A program made the position numbers and the translations under genes. Shown here piece after piece: positions 12,385-24,425 of a stretch of DNA of 64,000 nt. Each line of letters begins with the position of its first letter. The stretch's first letter is position 1. Source of the DNA: the human T2T-CHM13v2.0 reference genome, Homo sapiens; the NCBI RefSeq assembly GCF_009914755.1, contig NC_060929.1; one strand, written 5' to 3'. The notes under the pieces are model-generated. The model ran no database searches and was not told the DNA's origin. It saw only the letters and a program-made list of their open reading frames with translations.

Positions 12385-12455
12385 CTCCCTAGGTGAGGAA
12401 TCGAACTTGGACCACCACTGTGAAAGTGCAAAACCTTAGCTAGTGGGTTATAGCA
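12385..12455 (-). pseudogene. Decayed tRNA-Glu(TTC)-like sequence inside the ERV internal region
   Basis: + strand CTCCCTAGGTGAGGAATCGAACTTGGACCACCACTGTGAAAGTGCAAAACCTTAGC aligns by eye to the reverse complement of tRNA-Glu-TTC (TTCCCTGGCCGGGAATCGAACCCGGGCCGCGGCGGTGAAAGCGCCGAATCCTAGC); B-box GTTCGATTCC and anticodon loop CTTTCAC retained. Confidence 0.65.
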
Positions 12456-13628
12456 ACGGGCAGTCTCCATTTCTTTTTCCAGAATGAGTCAGAGTAGCTA
12501 ATTTCGAGCTTGCAAAAGCTTCTATTTAATATAATTTTTAGAGCTAACTATGACATGAACCCTAAAATTCTTGTTCCCTGAAGGCGGAGACCAAAAGAAA
12601 TTACTGCCACGTGGTTAAAAGGTCAAGCTCCCAAGGGCATAAAACATCGTGGAGACTTCATCTGTTTTTTCTGTTTGTTTCAGGGACCTGCAGCCAAGTT
12701 TGTTACTGACCAGTTTGCTGGGTTGTCTTGAAAAGTGGGCTTACAGGTGTTCTAAGCCCGTGTTTTATCCTGAAGTACCCCTCGACATGGAAAAACGAAT
12801 TCATTGCACAAAATACACCAGTTTAAGGCTAGCCTTAGAATTCTTTTTCACATTAATTAAAACTTTACAGAGGAGATACATACTGATCTTTTTTTTTTTT
12901 TTCCATTCATTCAACTGTTTGCATGGAGAGAGAGAAGCCAGAAATCTGACTGGTAAGAAATTCTTACCCTTTGCCAGCATGCCAGGCTTCTGGGTTCCCT
13001 TTCCCTGAGCAGCCCTAGTGATCCGGCTTGCGGGCTTGCGGGCTTGTGGCACCACCTCCCTGGGGGCCAAGCTGCACTATAAGGAATATTATTATTTTTT
13101 CATTCTGGCCAGAGCAAAATACATGTGATAAAACATAGACAGTAGCTACTCTGCTTAGCACCCAATATCAAACTGGCAAGGCTTAAATTTGCCCCCAGAT
13201 GGGCCTCTTCATCTTTAATCCAACCTCCGACTTGGAGTTTCAACACGTGGTCTCTGGGCAAGGTGGTTGCCCTGAGTAAGGGAAAAGAAAGGGAAAAGAG
13301 AGAGAGAAAAGCATTGTCTGTGGCAGGGTGGGGAAGGTGAAATGCCTAGGGAGGCCAGAGAAAGACCCACCCACTGCGGTGACACTGAAAATTTCAGGCA
13401 GCTGTGGCTACTGTTGTGAAGGGATTTTTTCCCAGCAGTCCCATCAGCTCTCATGTTTCCCCTTTTAGGGAGGAAAAAGCTCCCCATGTCCCATGATCCT
13501 GTACATGCCTAACCCTGTCACCCACAGCCATCAGCAAAGAGTACAAGACAGATTATTCCAAAAAGAATAGCAGTTAACATCCCATAATGCCAAACTTGTT
13601 CTTAGCCCAGAGGGACTTTAGCGAGAGC

Positions 13629-13790
13629 GGCCTCTAACCCCCTAAATCTTAGAAGGGACTCTAACCCTCCTAAGTTGGGCCTCTAACCCAAGATCGGTCA
13701 AGCGTCCTTGCCTTTTATTAAGAGGGGCCTCTAACCCACTCTGTTGTAGGAGAGACTTTAACTCCCCTAAGTTGGGTCTCTAACCCAATC
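13629..13790. repeat. Degenerate tandem array of (C/T)CTCTAACCC motifs in the ERV leader
   Basis: Six CTCTAACCC-like motifs in two ~95-bp units, each containing CCTAAGTTGGG(C/T)CTCTAACCCAA. Confidence 0.75.
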
Positions 13791-13970
13791 TCATTCTTTA
13801 CTTGGGTACTCTACCACTTACCCAAAGTCATCCAATCAGTGCTGCAGTCTATTTCCTTTGGGTCAGAGGGGTCTTAGTATTGTCCCTTTGTGGTTTGTGA
13901 GAAAGATGTTACCGGACCCCACCACTCACCCAAAGTTAGCCTTTGGGTTGGGGGTTTTCACAGTATAGTT

Positions 13971-13986
13971 GCTTCCGTGGTCACCA
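13971..13986 (-). promoter_or_regulatory. Primer-binding site, tRNA-Arg-like
   Basis: Minus strand TGGTGACCACGGAAGC a few nt after LTR end GTAACA; resembles the complement of the tRNA-Arg(TCG) 3' end (TGGCGACCACGAAGGGA). Confidence 0.6.
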
Positions 13987-14039
13987 GAAAAATGTTACTT
14001 ATTATAAAATAATAAGCTTCAATTCCTGCCTCATGTAAT

Positions 14040-14160
14040 ATATAAAATTAATTAAAGTTAGTCACAAAGTAAAACAAAAATTGTCTAGGAGAAAACATAG
14101 CAGAATATAATTTTGACTTTAGAGTAGGCGAAGTATTCCTAAACAGGGTAAAAAGAGACA
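14040..14160 (+). mobile_element. Old L1M ORF2 fragment
   Basis: CTAGGAGAAAACATAGCAGAATATAATTTTGACTTTAGAGTAGGCGAAGTATTCCTAAACAGG. Confidence 0.6.
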
Positions 14161-14614
14161 GACATGTCTTTCTTCCTATTTATATTACAAACTGTAAGTG
14201 CTTTTATCCATTTTAATGGCTTGCCTGTTACCAGCATTATGTGGATCTTCAGCACAAGCTTCTTACCTTTTCATGTTTGCTACATGGTTATCCTGAATGT
14301 GACTAGAAGACAGCCTGCACCATGGGACTCATCACATGCATTTCCACACTATCTAACTGGTCACTGCCTGTTCACTGGGTAAGCCCACTGATCACATGCT
14401 TGGATGTTCTGGCAATGGAAAATTGCTCTAAGAATTTCTAAACACTTTCTCTTGATTTCTGTACTTATCTCATTGCAGTGACAAATGGCTCACAGACCAA
14501 CAAATAGTTCACAGACAAGCAGTATGCTCTGCACCAGGGGAGTTTATAATCTTGTTGGGAAGATAATAATTAAGGAAGGGAAATAATTATTTTTAAGGCA
14601 GCATGTAAGAAAGT

Positions 14615-15083
14615 GGGAGGTGATGTTGTTTCCGTTCTGTCCCCAACGAGCAGACCTATAAACAAGAATTTGGGTGGAGAAGGTGCGTGGGGAGATGATA
14701 GGAAGTGTCTACCAGAAAGTACCTTTAGGGATGTGGGAATGCGAGGGAGGGAAAGGAAGGATGCCAATTCGAGTGCGTTATTAGCAGGTTATTTATTGGT
14801 GTAGGAGATGAATCATGCCGGACCCTTTAGACTATGTAGGGACTGAGTTGTCCCATACAACATACTGACAAAGCTGAAGTATCTGTCCTTCAACTTTCAG
14901 ATGTCATTGCTTGAGGGTTGCTTTGTTTCTGGGGAATTCTGGAGCAGGAGCACTTCCTCCTGCTCTACACATGAGCTGGGCATGTTCCATTGACCACAGA
15001 AATCCTTCAGGCAGAGTCACAGCTTCCTGTAGAAATGGTGAGGAGTGAAGGGACATGAGTGGGCATGGTCAGCATCTGCTGAT
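14615..15083 (-). mobile_element. LTR16-family ERVL LTR
   Basis: GCAGACCTATAAACAAGAATTTGGGTG ... GAGGGAAAGGAAGGATGCCAAT ... GGGCATGGTCAGCATCTGCT. Confidence 0.6.
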
Positions 15084-15436
15084 GCCATGTGTTCTATAAA
15101 TAAACCCTAGGGACAATGGAGAACTTCAAGGGTTATTCAAGAAAGTTTTCTTGGGGGAAGTTTACTTTGAATGTGTCTATAAAGAATGGATACAAACAGA
15201 ATGTCAGAGAGAGAAAGGCCTAGCACTGGGAATGCAGATAGTGAAACCAATAAGGACAAAGATGGTAGTAAGTAAATAGCCATGGGAGCTACAAAGGAAC
15301 AGCCTACCTGGAATAGATGTACCATATTGCCTGGAGTAGAGGTGCCACACTGGGGAATATGTGCGGCTCGCATGGTATTGGTTAAAGATGTGTCATGAAT
15401 GAAACATAAATAATAAAAAATGATAATAATTGCTGA

Positions 15437-15511
15437 CATGGAGTGGGCATTTCTATGTCTCTGCTACTATCATGCCCATGGAGTGGGCATTTATATACGC
15501 CTGGTACTACT
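15437..15511. repeat. 40-bp tandem duplication in a MIR-like fragment
   Basis: CATGGAGTGGGCATTT occurs at 15437 and 15477, each followed by a diverged ...TACTA segment. Confidence 0.75.
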
Positions 15512-15949
15512 GAATGCCTTATTTTCATTGTTTTTTTTGTAGTATGCATGAAACTTTATTCCATGACTTCAGGTGAAAGCAATTTTATGGTAAACAATTT
15601 TTTAATATAATTTAAATCTACTCCCCAATCCTACTCGCTCAGGTGATGGAAAATTCTCTCTTGGTTCTGTTTTATGGGTCTCCTTTCTCAGACCACGCCT
15701 GAGTCCCAGAACAGAACATTTAGAGATGGGTCTGCTGGCCTTGAGTTCACTTTGCCGTGCTCAACTTCCAAGCTTACGGGGCTCCTTGAAGACAAGTAAC
15801 TCTGATGTTCTGTGTCAAGCACCAGCATAAGAATCATTGTCAAGGAAAAAGTACTTTGTGGCTTTTCCCATTTAAGGTTCTGAAGGTTTCCTTGTGGAAA
15901 CCAGGCACTACTCCCACTATTCATGGACCTAAAATGTCCCATCACTATC

Positions 15950-16326
15950 TGATATGGTTTGGCTCTGTGTCCCCACCCAAATCTCATCTCAAATTGTAAT
16001 CCCCATGTGTCAAGGGAGGGACTTAGTGGGAGGTGATTGGATCATGGGAGTGATTTCCCCCATGCTGTTCTCATGACAGTGAGTGGGTTCTCACAAGATC
16101 TGATGGTTTTATAAGTGGCAGTTTCTGCTGCACTTTCTCTCTCTCTCCTGTCCCCACTTAAGACATGCCTTGCCTCCTCTTAGCCTTCCACCATGATTGT
16201 AAGTTTCCAGGGCCTCCCCAACCATGTAGAACTATGAGTCAATTAAACCTCTTTTGTTTATAAATTACCCAGTCTCAGGTAGTATCTTTATAGTATCTTT
16301 ATATATTTAGAGAATAGGCTAATACA
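15950..16326 (+). mobile_element. THE1D-like MaLR solo LTR
   Basis: TGATATGGTTTGGCTCTGTGTCCCCACCCAAATCTCATCTC ... GGCTAATACA; TSD CTATC/CTACC; internal TAGTATCTTTA duplication. Confidence 0.93.
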
Positions 16327-16604
16327 CTACCCTTTAACCCTAAGGAAGGATTCTCAAAATCTCTTACTTCTATGCTCATCTATTTCTGCCCACTGAGATG
16401 CTGAGACATCCTGGGTGTTAGGGGTGCTTGAAAATTTCTGTTTTTCACTTCAAAGATCTAAAGTGCCAAGGAAAGAGATGCAGAATTCATAGCACAATGT
16501 CCATCCAGCTTCTCAGGATAAGAGAGAAGGGCTATCTTTCATTCCACTCAGTGCTCTACATCTATAAATACAAAAACTTTGATATTCAATAGATTGTTTT
16601 ATAA

Positions 16605-16715
16605 TCGGCACAACAACTCTATGAGACAATATTATAAAGCTCATTAAGGAAATTGAGGCTTAGTGAGGTTTTAAAAATACACCTAAGATTTTGTTGTTTG
16701 TTAGTGTGAAGTATG
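16605..16715 (-). mobile_element. MIR fragment
   Basis: CACAACAACTCTATGAG ... AAGGAAATTGAGGCTTAGTGAGGTT. Confidence 0.6.
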
Positions 16716-17209
16716 TCTAACTTCATGATGTAACACCTAAAAACTATGTATGTGGTCATTTAAATTTCATTGAAAGTCAACTGCAGGCCTCTGCAAATTT
16801 TGAAGCACTTGTGCAATATTAGGAAAACAGTCTTTTGAAGGTTTTGAAGCATGGAGAGAATGGAGATGTGGAATATTTTAAAGGAATTCGTTCAGCAATG
16901 CTCAGATGAGGTTAGGAGCATCAAAACTAGAAGATGTCACCCAAGATGATTCATTGATTACTGAAAGGAACAGAAGAGGAAAGTTGAGAAGAGATAAAGA
17001 TAGCGTAAGATTTCAACATCTGTTCTCCTTATACCCCCACCTGTTTCATTAAAATATTTAAGTTTTTCCTTACATAATTATCACATAAATGGCTGCATGG
17101 AGCAGTTAAAATCTAATAATCTTGTCATCATGCTCTCAAACTAATTCCTTATAATTACCATTGAATCTGAGATTAAATCTTTCTGATGAACTTTAATTTG
17201 CCAGTGGAA

Positions 17210-17710
17210 CAAACCCTTTGGAACTTTGACTGCAATGGTACTACATTTATAGAATGCATTTTAGATGAGGTGGCAGATTTATATTATTGAGATTATCTAT
17301 ATTGGAACATGGTATAATTTCCTACCTTTTCAATTCTTCTTTGATGACTTTCTATAATGTTTAAATTGTTTTCTTTATATCAAGCTTGCACATTTCTCAT
17401 AATGTAAATTTCTGTACATTTTATAATAACTGATGCTATTATAAATGGGTTTAATTTCATTATACGATCTGATTATTGCTAGTATAAAACAAAGCTATGA
17501 ATTTGTTAAATTAATGTTGTATTTAACGCCATAATACTGAATAGATTTTACGGGTTCCAAAAGTTTTCCCTGTTTTTTTCTGGGTTTTTCTAGATAGGGA
17601 AATTATATTATTTTAAAATAATAATTATTTTCTAAGAGTAATACTTATCTTGCCTTGCTTTAGCACATTGGCTAAAAACACAGACAATGTTAAGTAATAA
17701 TGATAGTTAA
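17210..17710 (-). mobile_element. Old L1M ORF2 fragment
   Basis: GATTATTGCTAGTATAAAACAAAGCTATGAATTTG ... TTGGCTAAAAACACAGACAATGTTAAGTAATAATGATAG. Confidence 0.65.
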
Positions 17711-19272
17711 AGGAAAAACTTCTATAGCAAGTGGCATAAGTCTGATGAAATCTAAACTATTAGTGATGCAATACTTCAATTTATTGTTTTTGATTAGGTT
17801 TGTTGAATAAAGGGCTGTCATTTGTTTGCAAAACCATAATTCCAAGGCCAATCACTTCTTTAAGAGGAAACTCATTATGAATGGGAGATGGTTTAATTCC
17901 AAAGGATGCTAATGTATTCAAAAGACAAGATCTCGGTACCTTATATAGATAGAAATATCTATTATTACATGACATATTGTTGAATGGTTCATTTCCAGAT
18001 AACTTTTGACTAAGTCAAATGTATCTCACTACTATTAAAAATGTCTCCTTTGGGGGAATGGCATACTTGGAAGTTTATACTATCAATAACAGCAATAAAT
18101 ACAACATATAATTAGTTGTTAAAGGGATTTAGGAGTTAATTCACATTGGGTCCTTATTTCAAGTAGGGTTACATGATTCATATAGTTCACTTTTATTCTT
18201 TGTTATGTACTAAAATCAAATGACATCATTAAAGATAATCTGAATATAATTATAATTGTGTCACTACTTGAATTCCTTTAGAGAACAAATAGACATATTG
18301 GCAGGGAAAGTAATCAGAGGTAGTCTTGGGGAAATGCTAAACGTTGAAAGAGGCAGAGATCTTTAAATACCACCCAAAGTGGAGTCATGTGCTCAGGGGG
18401 AGGATGCTGGAGAAGTGAGCCCATTGTGGATTACTGACACTGGTCAGGAAATGAAACAGGTGTCCAAAATGAAACTTCAAAAAAGGAAAGTTGGCTGTTT
18501 GGCTGGGACAGAAATTATATCCCATGATACAGAAGAAGAAGGTCATCATAACCACCATGACCAAACCTCCAAAGCTAATGTAAAACAGATAATTGGAACA
18601 ATTTTGCCTGATTGGTGTCTTTTCCTTATTTTTCTAAGGACGTAGTTTAGTGGTGATCCAAGAAGATTATAAACCTCAGACAAAGTATGCAGGGGTTCTT
18701 ATCAAATTGATTCTAGATACTTGAGTCTTTCCTTTGGTGTTAGACATGAGCTCCTGAATAGGAGAGTGGCTACTGAGAGCTGAGCTCTGGCTGAGTCTAC
18801 ACGGACACAATCGCTTGTTGAAGAAACAGAGGCATTCCTCTGAGAAAAACTGGCATGAACAAGTCAACATAAAGAGAATGGATGATTCAATAAAACGAAA
18901 AAGAAATGACTTCAGAACACATAGTAGATATTCAAGAAATGGCTGATGGATGGCATTGAATTAACTTTGGTAAATGAAATACAATCCCACATTGCCTTAT
19001 GCTAAACAGGTGTTCTCAAGTACTTCAATGGTGCCTGTGAAATCTACCTTTGCTGTAGGATCAAATGTGCAGTTCACTTAGCATTGGCCAACAAAGTCTG
19101 TTGAGCAGATCGTGCACCCTATGCTCTTTGCTAATGTTTTTACCATTTTTGGTCCTTGACAAGACACTTACTTGTTGTCGTGAAGTAATATTTCATGAAT
19201 TGTCAGTGTAATACTCATGACAAAAAAATAGTGTTAATTGTATTTAAATAAAATCATAGAAAACATTCTCTT

Positions 19273-19388
19273 ATGGCATGAACCCGGGAGGCAGAGCTTG
19301 CAGTGAGCCAAGATTGAGCCACTCTAATCCAGCCTGAGTGACAGAGCAAGACTCTGTCTCAAAAAAAAAGAAAGAAAGAAAAAAAAAA
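19273..19388 (+). mobile_element. 5'-truncated AluY (end of right arm)
   Basis: ATGGCATGAACCCGGGAGGCAGAGCTTGCAGTGAGCC (AluY diagnostics), A-tail, TSD ATTCTCTTATG at 19265 and 19388. Confidence 0.92.
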
Positions 19389-19536
19389 TTCTCTTATGTA
19401 GACTATTAAAATTAGTATATCCTGATAAGCCAATATTTTGATTTAAAGATTATGTATTGACAATGCATACATTGAGCAAAATTAGCATGATTTTAGTTAG
19501 TTTCTGGTAGTCCACAAGGATCTTGTGATTTCTTAA

Positions 19537-19847
<311 letters not shown>

Positions 19848-20729
19848 AAGATCCTTATTTTGCAGTAGTAATCATTGTATGACACTACATACAAAATCTA
19901 GTCATTTGTAATTTGATTTAACTGTTATTTAAATATAAGGTAAATAGAAAGTTTAACGTATAATTCTGAATTACTTTCCAGAGGGACAAAAAATATCCTA
20001 AGGAGGTTGAAATTTTCTTGAAAGAGAAGAATTTCTCAAATGGCTTCACTATAAAGGAGATGTATTTTTAGGAAGATGTGTGCCTCAGGGAACATTATAG
20101 AAGAGGGATCTTATTTATGATCAAAACAATAAAGCCTTTTTTTTTTAACTTTGGAAAGCAAAAGGAGACCCCTGCAGTGGGGAGTGGGCTCTCTGTCCCT
20201 GTGGCCTTCACCTTTCTAGCCTCTTGGTACCTTAGAATGAAATCTGCATGAGTCTGGTACAAGAGCAAAAGAGACCAGATACAATTCTCATGACATTAAG
20301 AGCATATTATAGCAAAAATTGGTGGTTCAAACTCTGCAAGGTTTGAAACACTGTCCACATACCAATAAACACCAGAGCTAAAATATTTAATTAATGCCAT
20401 AGCAGACACAAACAGCTGCCAAGCTCTTTGCCACCCATAGTTCCAATGCTGCTGTGCTATTATTATATGCTATGCTCTATGCAAATATTTTGTTTTCAAT
20501 GAAAAGATCCATCTGTAGAAAAAATGCTTAGCTCACTTTTGAAAGTCCTCTGGCATGCCTCTAAGGATAAGCAGCAATGGGGAAACCAAAGTCCCAACGC
20601 ACTTACAAGGAATTTTGTGGAAGCAGATTATGTTATATCCTCTGTAAGTGAGACTGAAGAAGTGCCATATGACTAAGGTACTTCTCCTGGCTTTTTCCTT
20701 TTGAATTATGCACTTGTTGTTGGATTGTC

Positions 20730-21170
20730 TAACACCCCTTTCTTTTTGAGGATGACTCAGCTCTTTTCAAGGAACTGCTTATTCCTTGGCCAGTGATAAT
20801 ACTCTGCCAATTTACCTATATTCTGCCAGAGACCTGACAGAGATAACGAAACACAAACCAGGCTGATCAGTCTTTCCTTTAGAATTTTCCACTTGTAACT
20901 TGGAAAAGAGTGGTCTTTACTGTCAGGTGGCAAACCAAGAAGACATGTGTCTAGGAGCTGCTCCCAGTCTTATGGAGAAAGCTCACGTGCCTCAGGAAAT
21001 AATGAAGCTGACAGCTGGTATGAAGCAGAAACCAGCTCTGGGGCACCCTGTAACCTCAAGCCCCTGATTTCAGCTTTCTGCAGCCCTATCTGATCTTCTC
21101 CAGTGATGTGAGTCAACCAATTACCCTTTTTGCCTAAGTTGATTTTTAACAAAAAACAAAGCAAGACAAA
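20730..21170 (+). mobile_element. MLT1J/K-like MaLR LTR
   Basis: AATGAAGCTGACA ... TTCTCCAGTGATGTGAGTCAACCAATTACCCTTTTTGCCTAAG. Confidence 0.55.
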
Positions 21171-21309
21171 ATTTATTTTTAAATTTATTTTGACCTTCTT
21201 GTCATACAAAATTTTATTAATCTTCCTTCCAGTCTCAGCTCAAGTGTCATCTCCTCCATGAAGATCCATATATCATTTCATGTATGTCTCCCAGAAATTC
21301 TATATTATA

Positions 21310-21850
21310 TATACTTCTAGGTATAACTCTTTGGGCAAACATGTTTGGCACTTAAATATTTTTTTGCTCTGCCATATTGCCTCACAAAAGCTTAGGCCAA
21401 TTTGCTATATAAAGCTGGTTGTTTACACCACTGCCAACATTATCTATTATCGAACTTAAAAATAAATGCAAGTTATCAGCAAAAATGATCTTATTGTTTT
21501 AATTTCCATTTTCCTGATTTTAGTTTGAAAATATTCTTGCAAATGTTTTAACAAGTTTATTTAAAGTATAAAAATTAGTCTGGGCAGAAATATCATCAAG
21601 AAACTTTTTTTGTTAAAAGAATAATTGTCTATTGTTGAAAATGTGTAAGAACAAATAAAATAATTTTTAAGGTGTCTGGATATAAGATCAATATGCAAAA
21701 TCAATGATCAGTGGTTTCAAATTTAGTGGAATAGTATTAGCAAAGCAGTAATAAAACTATTTGTCTTTTATTCTACTCATATAATTAATAATTAGTAAAC
21801 ATAGACATAAAAAAATGAAATATAGGCACAATACTGCACACAGTAAAATT
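21310..21850. mobile_element. Ancient L1ME-like fragments (minus ~21310-21560; plus ~21600-21850)
   Basis: ATCTTATTGTTTTAATTTCCATTTTCCTGATT (minus, ORF2 end) and AAGGTGTCTGGATATAAGATCAATATGCAAAATCAAT (plus, RT region). Confidence 0.5.
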
Positions 21851-22639
21851 TACATCTGATGAATTTAACTCTGGAAGTATTTGCTTGGGATAGACAGTGG
21901 CCACAAAGATAAACTCACATTGGCAACAGCTCAGATCAGTAAAATCTTAAACTATCTGCTTCAGAAAACAAACCCACCCCAAATTCCAAAGAGAATCTGA
22001 TAAAACTATGAACACCATCTGAGGAAACACACACACACAGACACACATATACGCATCTAAACACATGCATGTACACAACTTTATATACTTTATCACATAT
22101 AGTATCAGAGATTTCACTGAATAAAAACCCTAAGTTGGCAGAAAATATGTGCACTAGATTGTTAATTATTCTCATTATTCCATTTGGTATTCCTGAGAAG
22201 TGAGAAAAACACATTCCCAGGTGATGGCATTATTTCTTCCCAGGCTTACAGCACTCCTGTACATATCTGAAACTTGTGCATTCATTTATGACCAAGTAAG
22301 CCTATTTTAAATGTATGTAATATATATTGCTTAGTTTGTGAGTCCCTAACATGTAGATGGCATTTTTTAATCATTAAAGGGGGAAAGTAGATTGCAAGAA
22401 AAGAGTTCTCAGAACCAGGTCCTTGGTCACTCCGGAATCTCCAGATCTTTCAAAGTACGAGAACTCATGAAAGAAGACTTAAAAAGAGGAAAGTTTCTTT
22501 GGTACAAGGAAAACCAGGATATTACGGGAGTGTGATGTCATGAAGCTAAAAGAAGAAAGCATTTAAGACCAATGAAGTGGTCAACTGTGATGAATCTTGC
22601 TGAGATGTTAAATAAATCACTTAAATCACTTATTTTTTT

Positions 22640-24030
22640 TAGTATGAAGGTCACAAGACAAACATATTTAAAGCAATAATGCCACAATAATATAATGGGT
22701 AAACAATACAAAAAGACATAAATTGTGACACTAAAACCATAAAATGTGTGTGAGGGGATGGAGTAAAGTTGTTAAATATTTTTACGCAATCAAAGTTAAG
22801 GTGTTATCAGCTAAAATAACTTGTTATAACTAGAAGATGTTTTATGTAAGCTTCATGGTAACCACAAAGCAAAAGCCTGTAGTAGATACCCAAAAGATAA
22901 GAAGTAAGGAATCAAAGCATAATGCTAGAGAAAACTATCTAATCACAAAGAAATACAGAATCAGAAAAAAAAGGAACAAAAGATCTCCAAAACAACCTGA
23001 AAACAATGAACAAAATAGCAGTAGTAAGTCCTTATTTACTAATAATTACCTTTAATATAAATGAACCAAATTCTCATAACAAGAAACAGAGTGGCTGAAT
23101 GGATTAAATAAAAAAGGACAAACAAAACCCAACTATATGCTGCTTACAAAAGACTCATTTACCTTTAAGGATGCATATACATTGAAAGTGAAAGGATAAA
23201 AAAATTCATGCAAATAAAAACCAAAAGATGTTAAGGGTAGCTACACTTAGATAAAACAGACTTTAATAAAAAATGGTAAAATGAGACAAAGAAGATAATT
23301 ATACAATGATAAAGAGGTCAATTCATCAAGAGGATATAACAATTACAAATATATATGTACCTAACACCAGAGCATCTAAGTATATAAAGCAAATATGAAT
23401 AGACCTGGAAGAAGACATAGACTGCAATACAATAACTCTAGGAGACTTCACTTAATTTTGACAATGGACAGATCATTGAGACAAAAAATCAGAAAATAAT
23501 GGACTTAAACTGCACTTTAGACCAAATGGACCTAATAGACACATACAGAAAATTCCATCTAGCAGCAGTAGAATACACATTATTTTCAAATGCACACAGA
23601 ACATTCTTCAGGATGGGTCATATATTAGGCCACAAAACAAGTTTTAGCAAATTTAAGATTAAAATTATAACATATATCTTTTCTGATCACAATGGTATGA
23701 AACTAGAGGTCATTAACAGGAAGAATCTCAGAAAATTTACACATGCATGGAAATTAATATGCTCCTGAGCAACCAATGGGCCAAAGAATAAATTAAATGA
23801 GAAATTTAAAAATATCTTCAGACAAATGAAAATAAGCACTACATAACAAAACTTACAGGATGTAGCAAAAGCAGTTCTAGGAAATTTCATAGCAATAAAC
23901 ATCTACATTAAAAAAGAAAAAAGATCCCAAATAAATAACCTAATGCTACACCTCAAGGAATTAGAAAAAGAAAAAATTAAGCTCAAAGCTAGAAGAAGGA
24001 ATGAAATAATAAAGATAATACCAAAATAAA
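22640..24030 (+). mobile_element. L1M (L1MA-era) inter-ORF region and decayed ORF2 endonuclease domain
   Basis: Translates to PTICCLQKTH, MDLIDTYRKFH...EYTLFSNAHRTF, FSDHNGMKLE (APE-like L1 endonuclease motifs), with stops and frameshifts. Confidence 0.92.
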
Positions 24031-24425
24031 TGAGAAAATGTAGTGAATATACACCACATTGGAGTATACCACGTGGAATACTACTCAGCCATAAAAAGAA
24101 ATGAAATAATGGCATTTGCAGCAACCTGGATGGAATTGGAGACAATTGTTCTAAGTGAAGTAACTCAGGAATGGAGAATCAAACAGTATATTCTCACTTG
24201 TAAGTGGAGCTAAGCTATGAGGATGCAAATGCTTAAGAATGATACAGTGAACTTTGGGAACTTGGGGGGAAGTCTGGAAGGGAGGTAAGGAATAAAAGAA
24301 TACACAATGGGTACAGTGTACATTGCTTGCATGATAGCATCAAAATCTCAGAAATCATCACTAAAGCACTTATCCATGTAACCAAACACCACCTGTACCC
24401 CCAAAGCTATTTAGATTAAAAAAAC
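24031..24425 (+). mobile_element. L1PB-like ORF2 end and 3' UTR
   Basis: GGAATACTACTCAGCCATAAAAAG ... GAAGTAACTCAGGAATGG ... GCTAAGCTATGAGGATGC ... CATGTAACCAAACACCACCTG, A-tail. Confidence 0.9.

Larger units (their letters stand above)
8562..13998 (-). mobile_element. MER41-int (MER4-group non-autonomous ERV1 internal region) plus last ~6 nt of 5' LTR
   Basis: Continuous MER4-group-like internal sequence from the PPT (8562-8580) to the PBS-like TGGTGACCACGGAAG, preceded by LTR terminus GTAACA (13993-13998); no long ORF. Confidence 0.85.

Noticed and set aside
11332-13487. ORFs of 64-119 aa inside the ERV internal region
   Set aside because: No recognisable gag, pol or env motifs; consistent with a non-coding MER4-group internal sequence
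23499-23768. Endonuclease-like 89-aa ORF
   Set aside because: Fragment of a dead L1 ORF2 with surrounding stops and frameshifts
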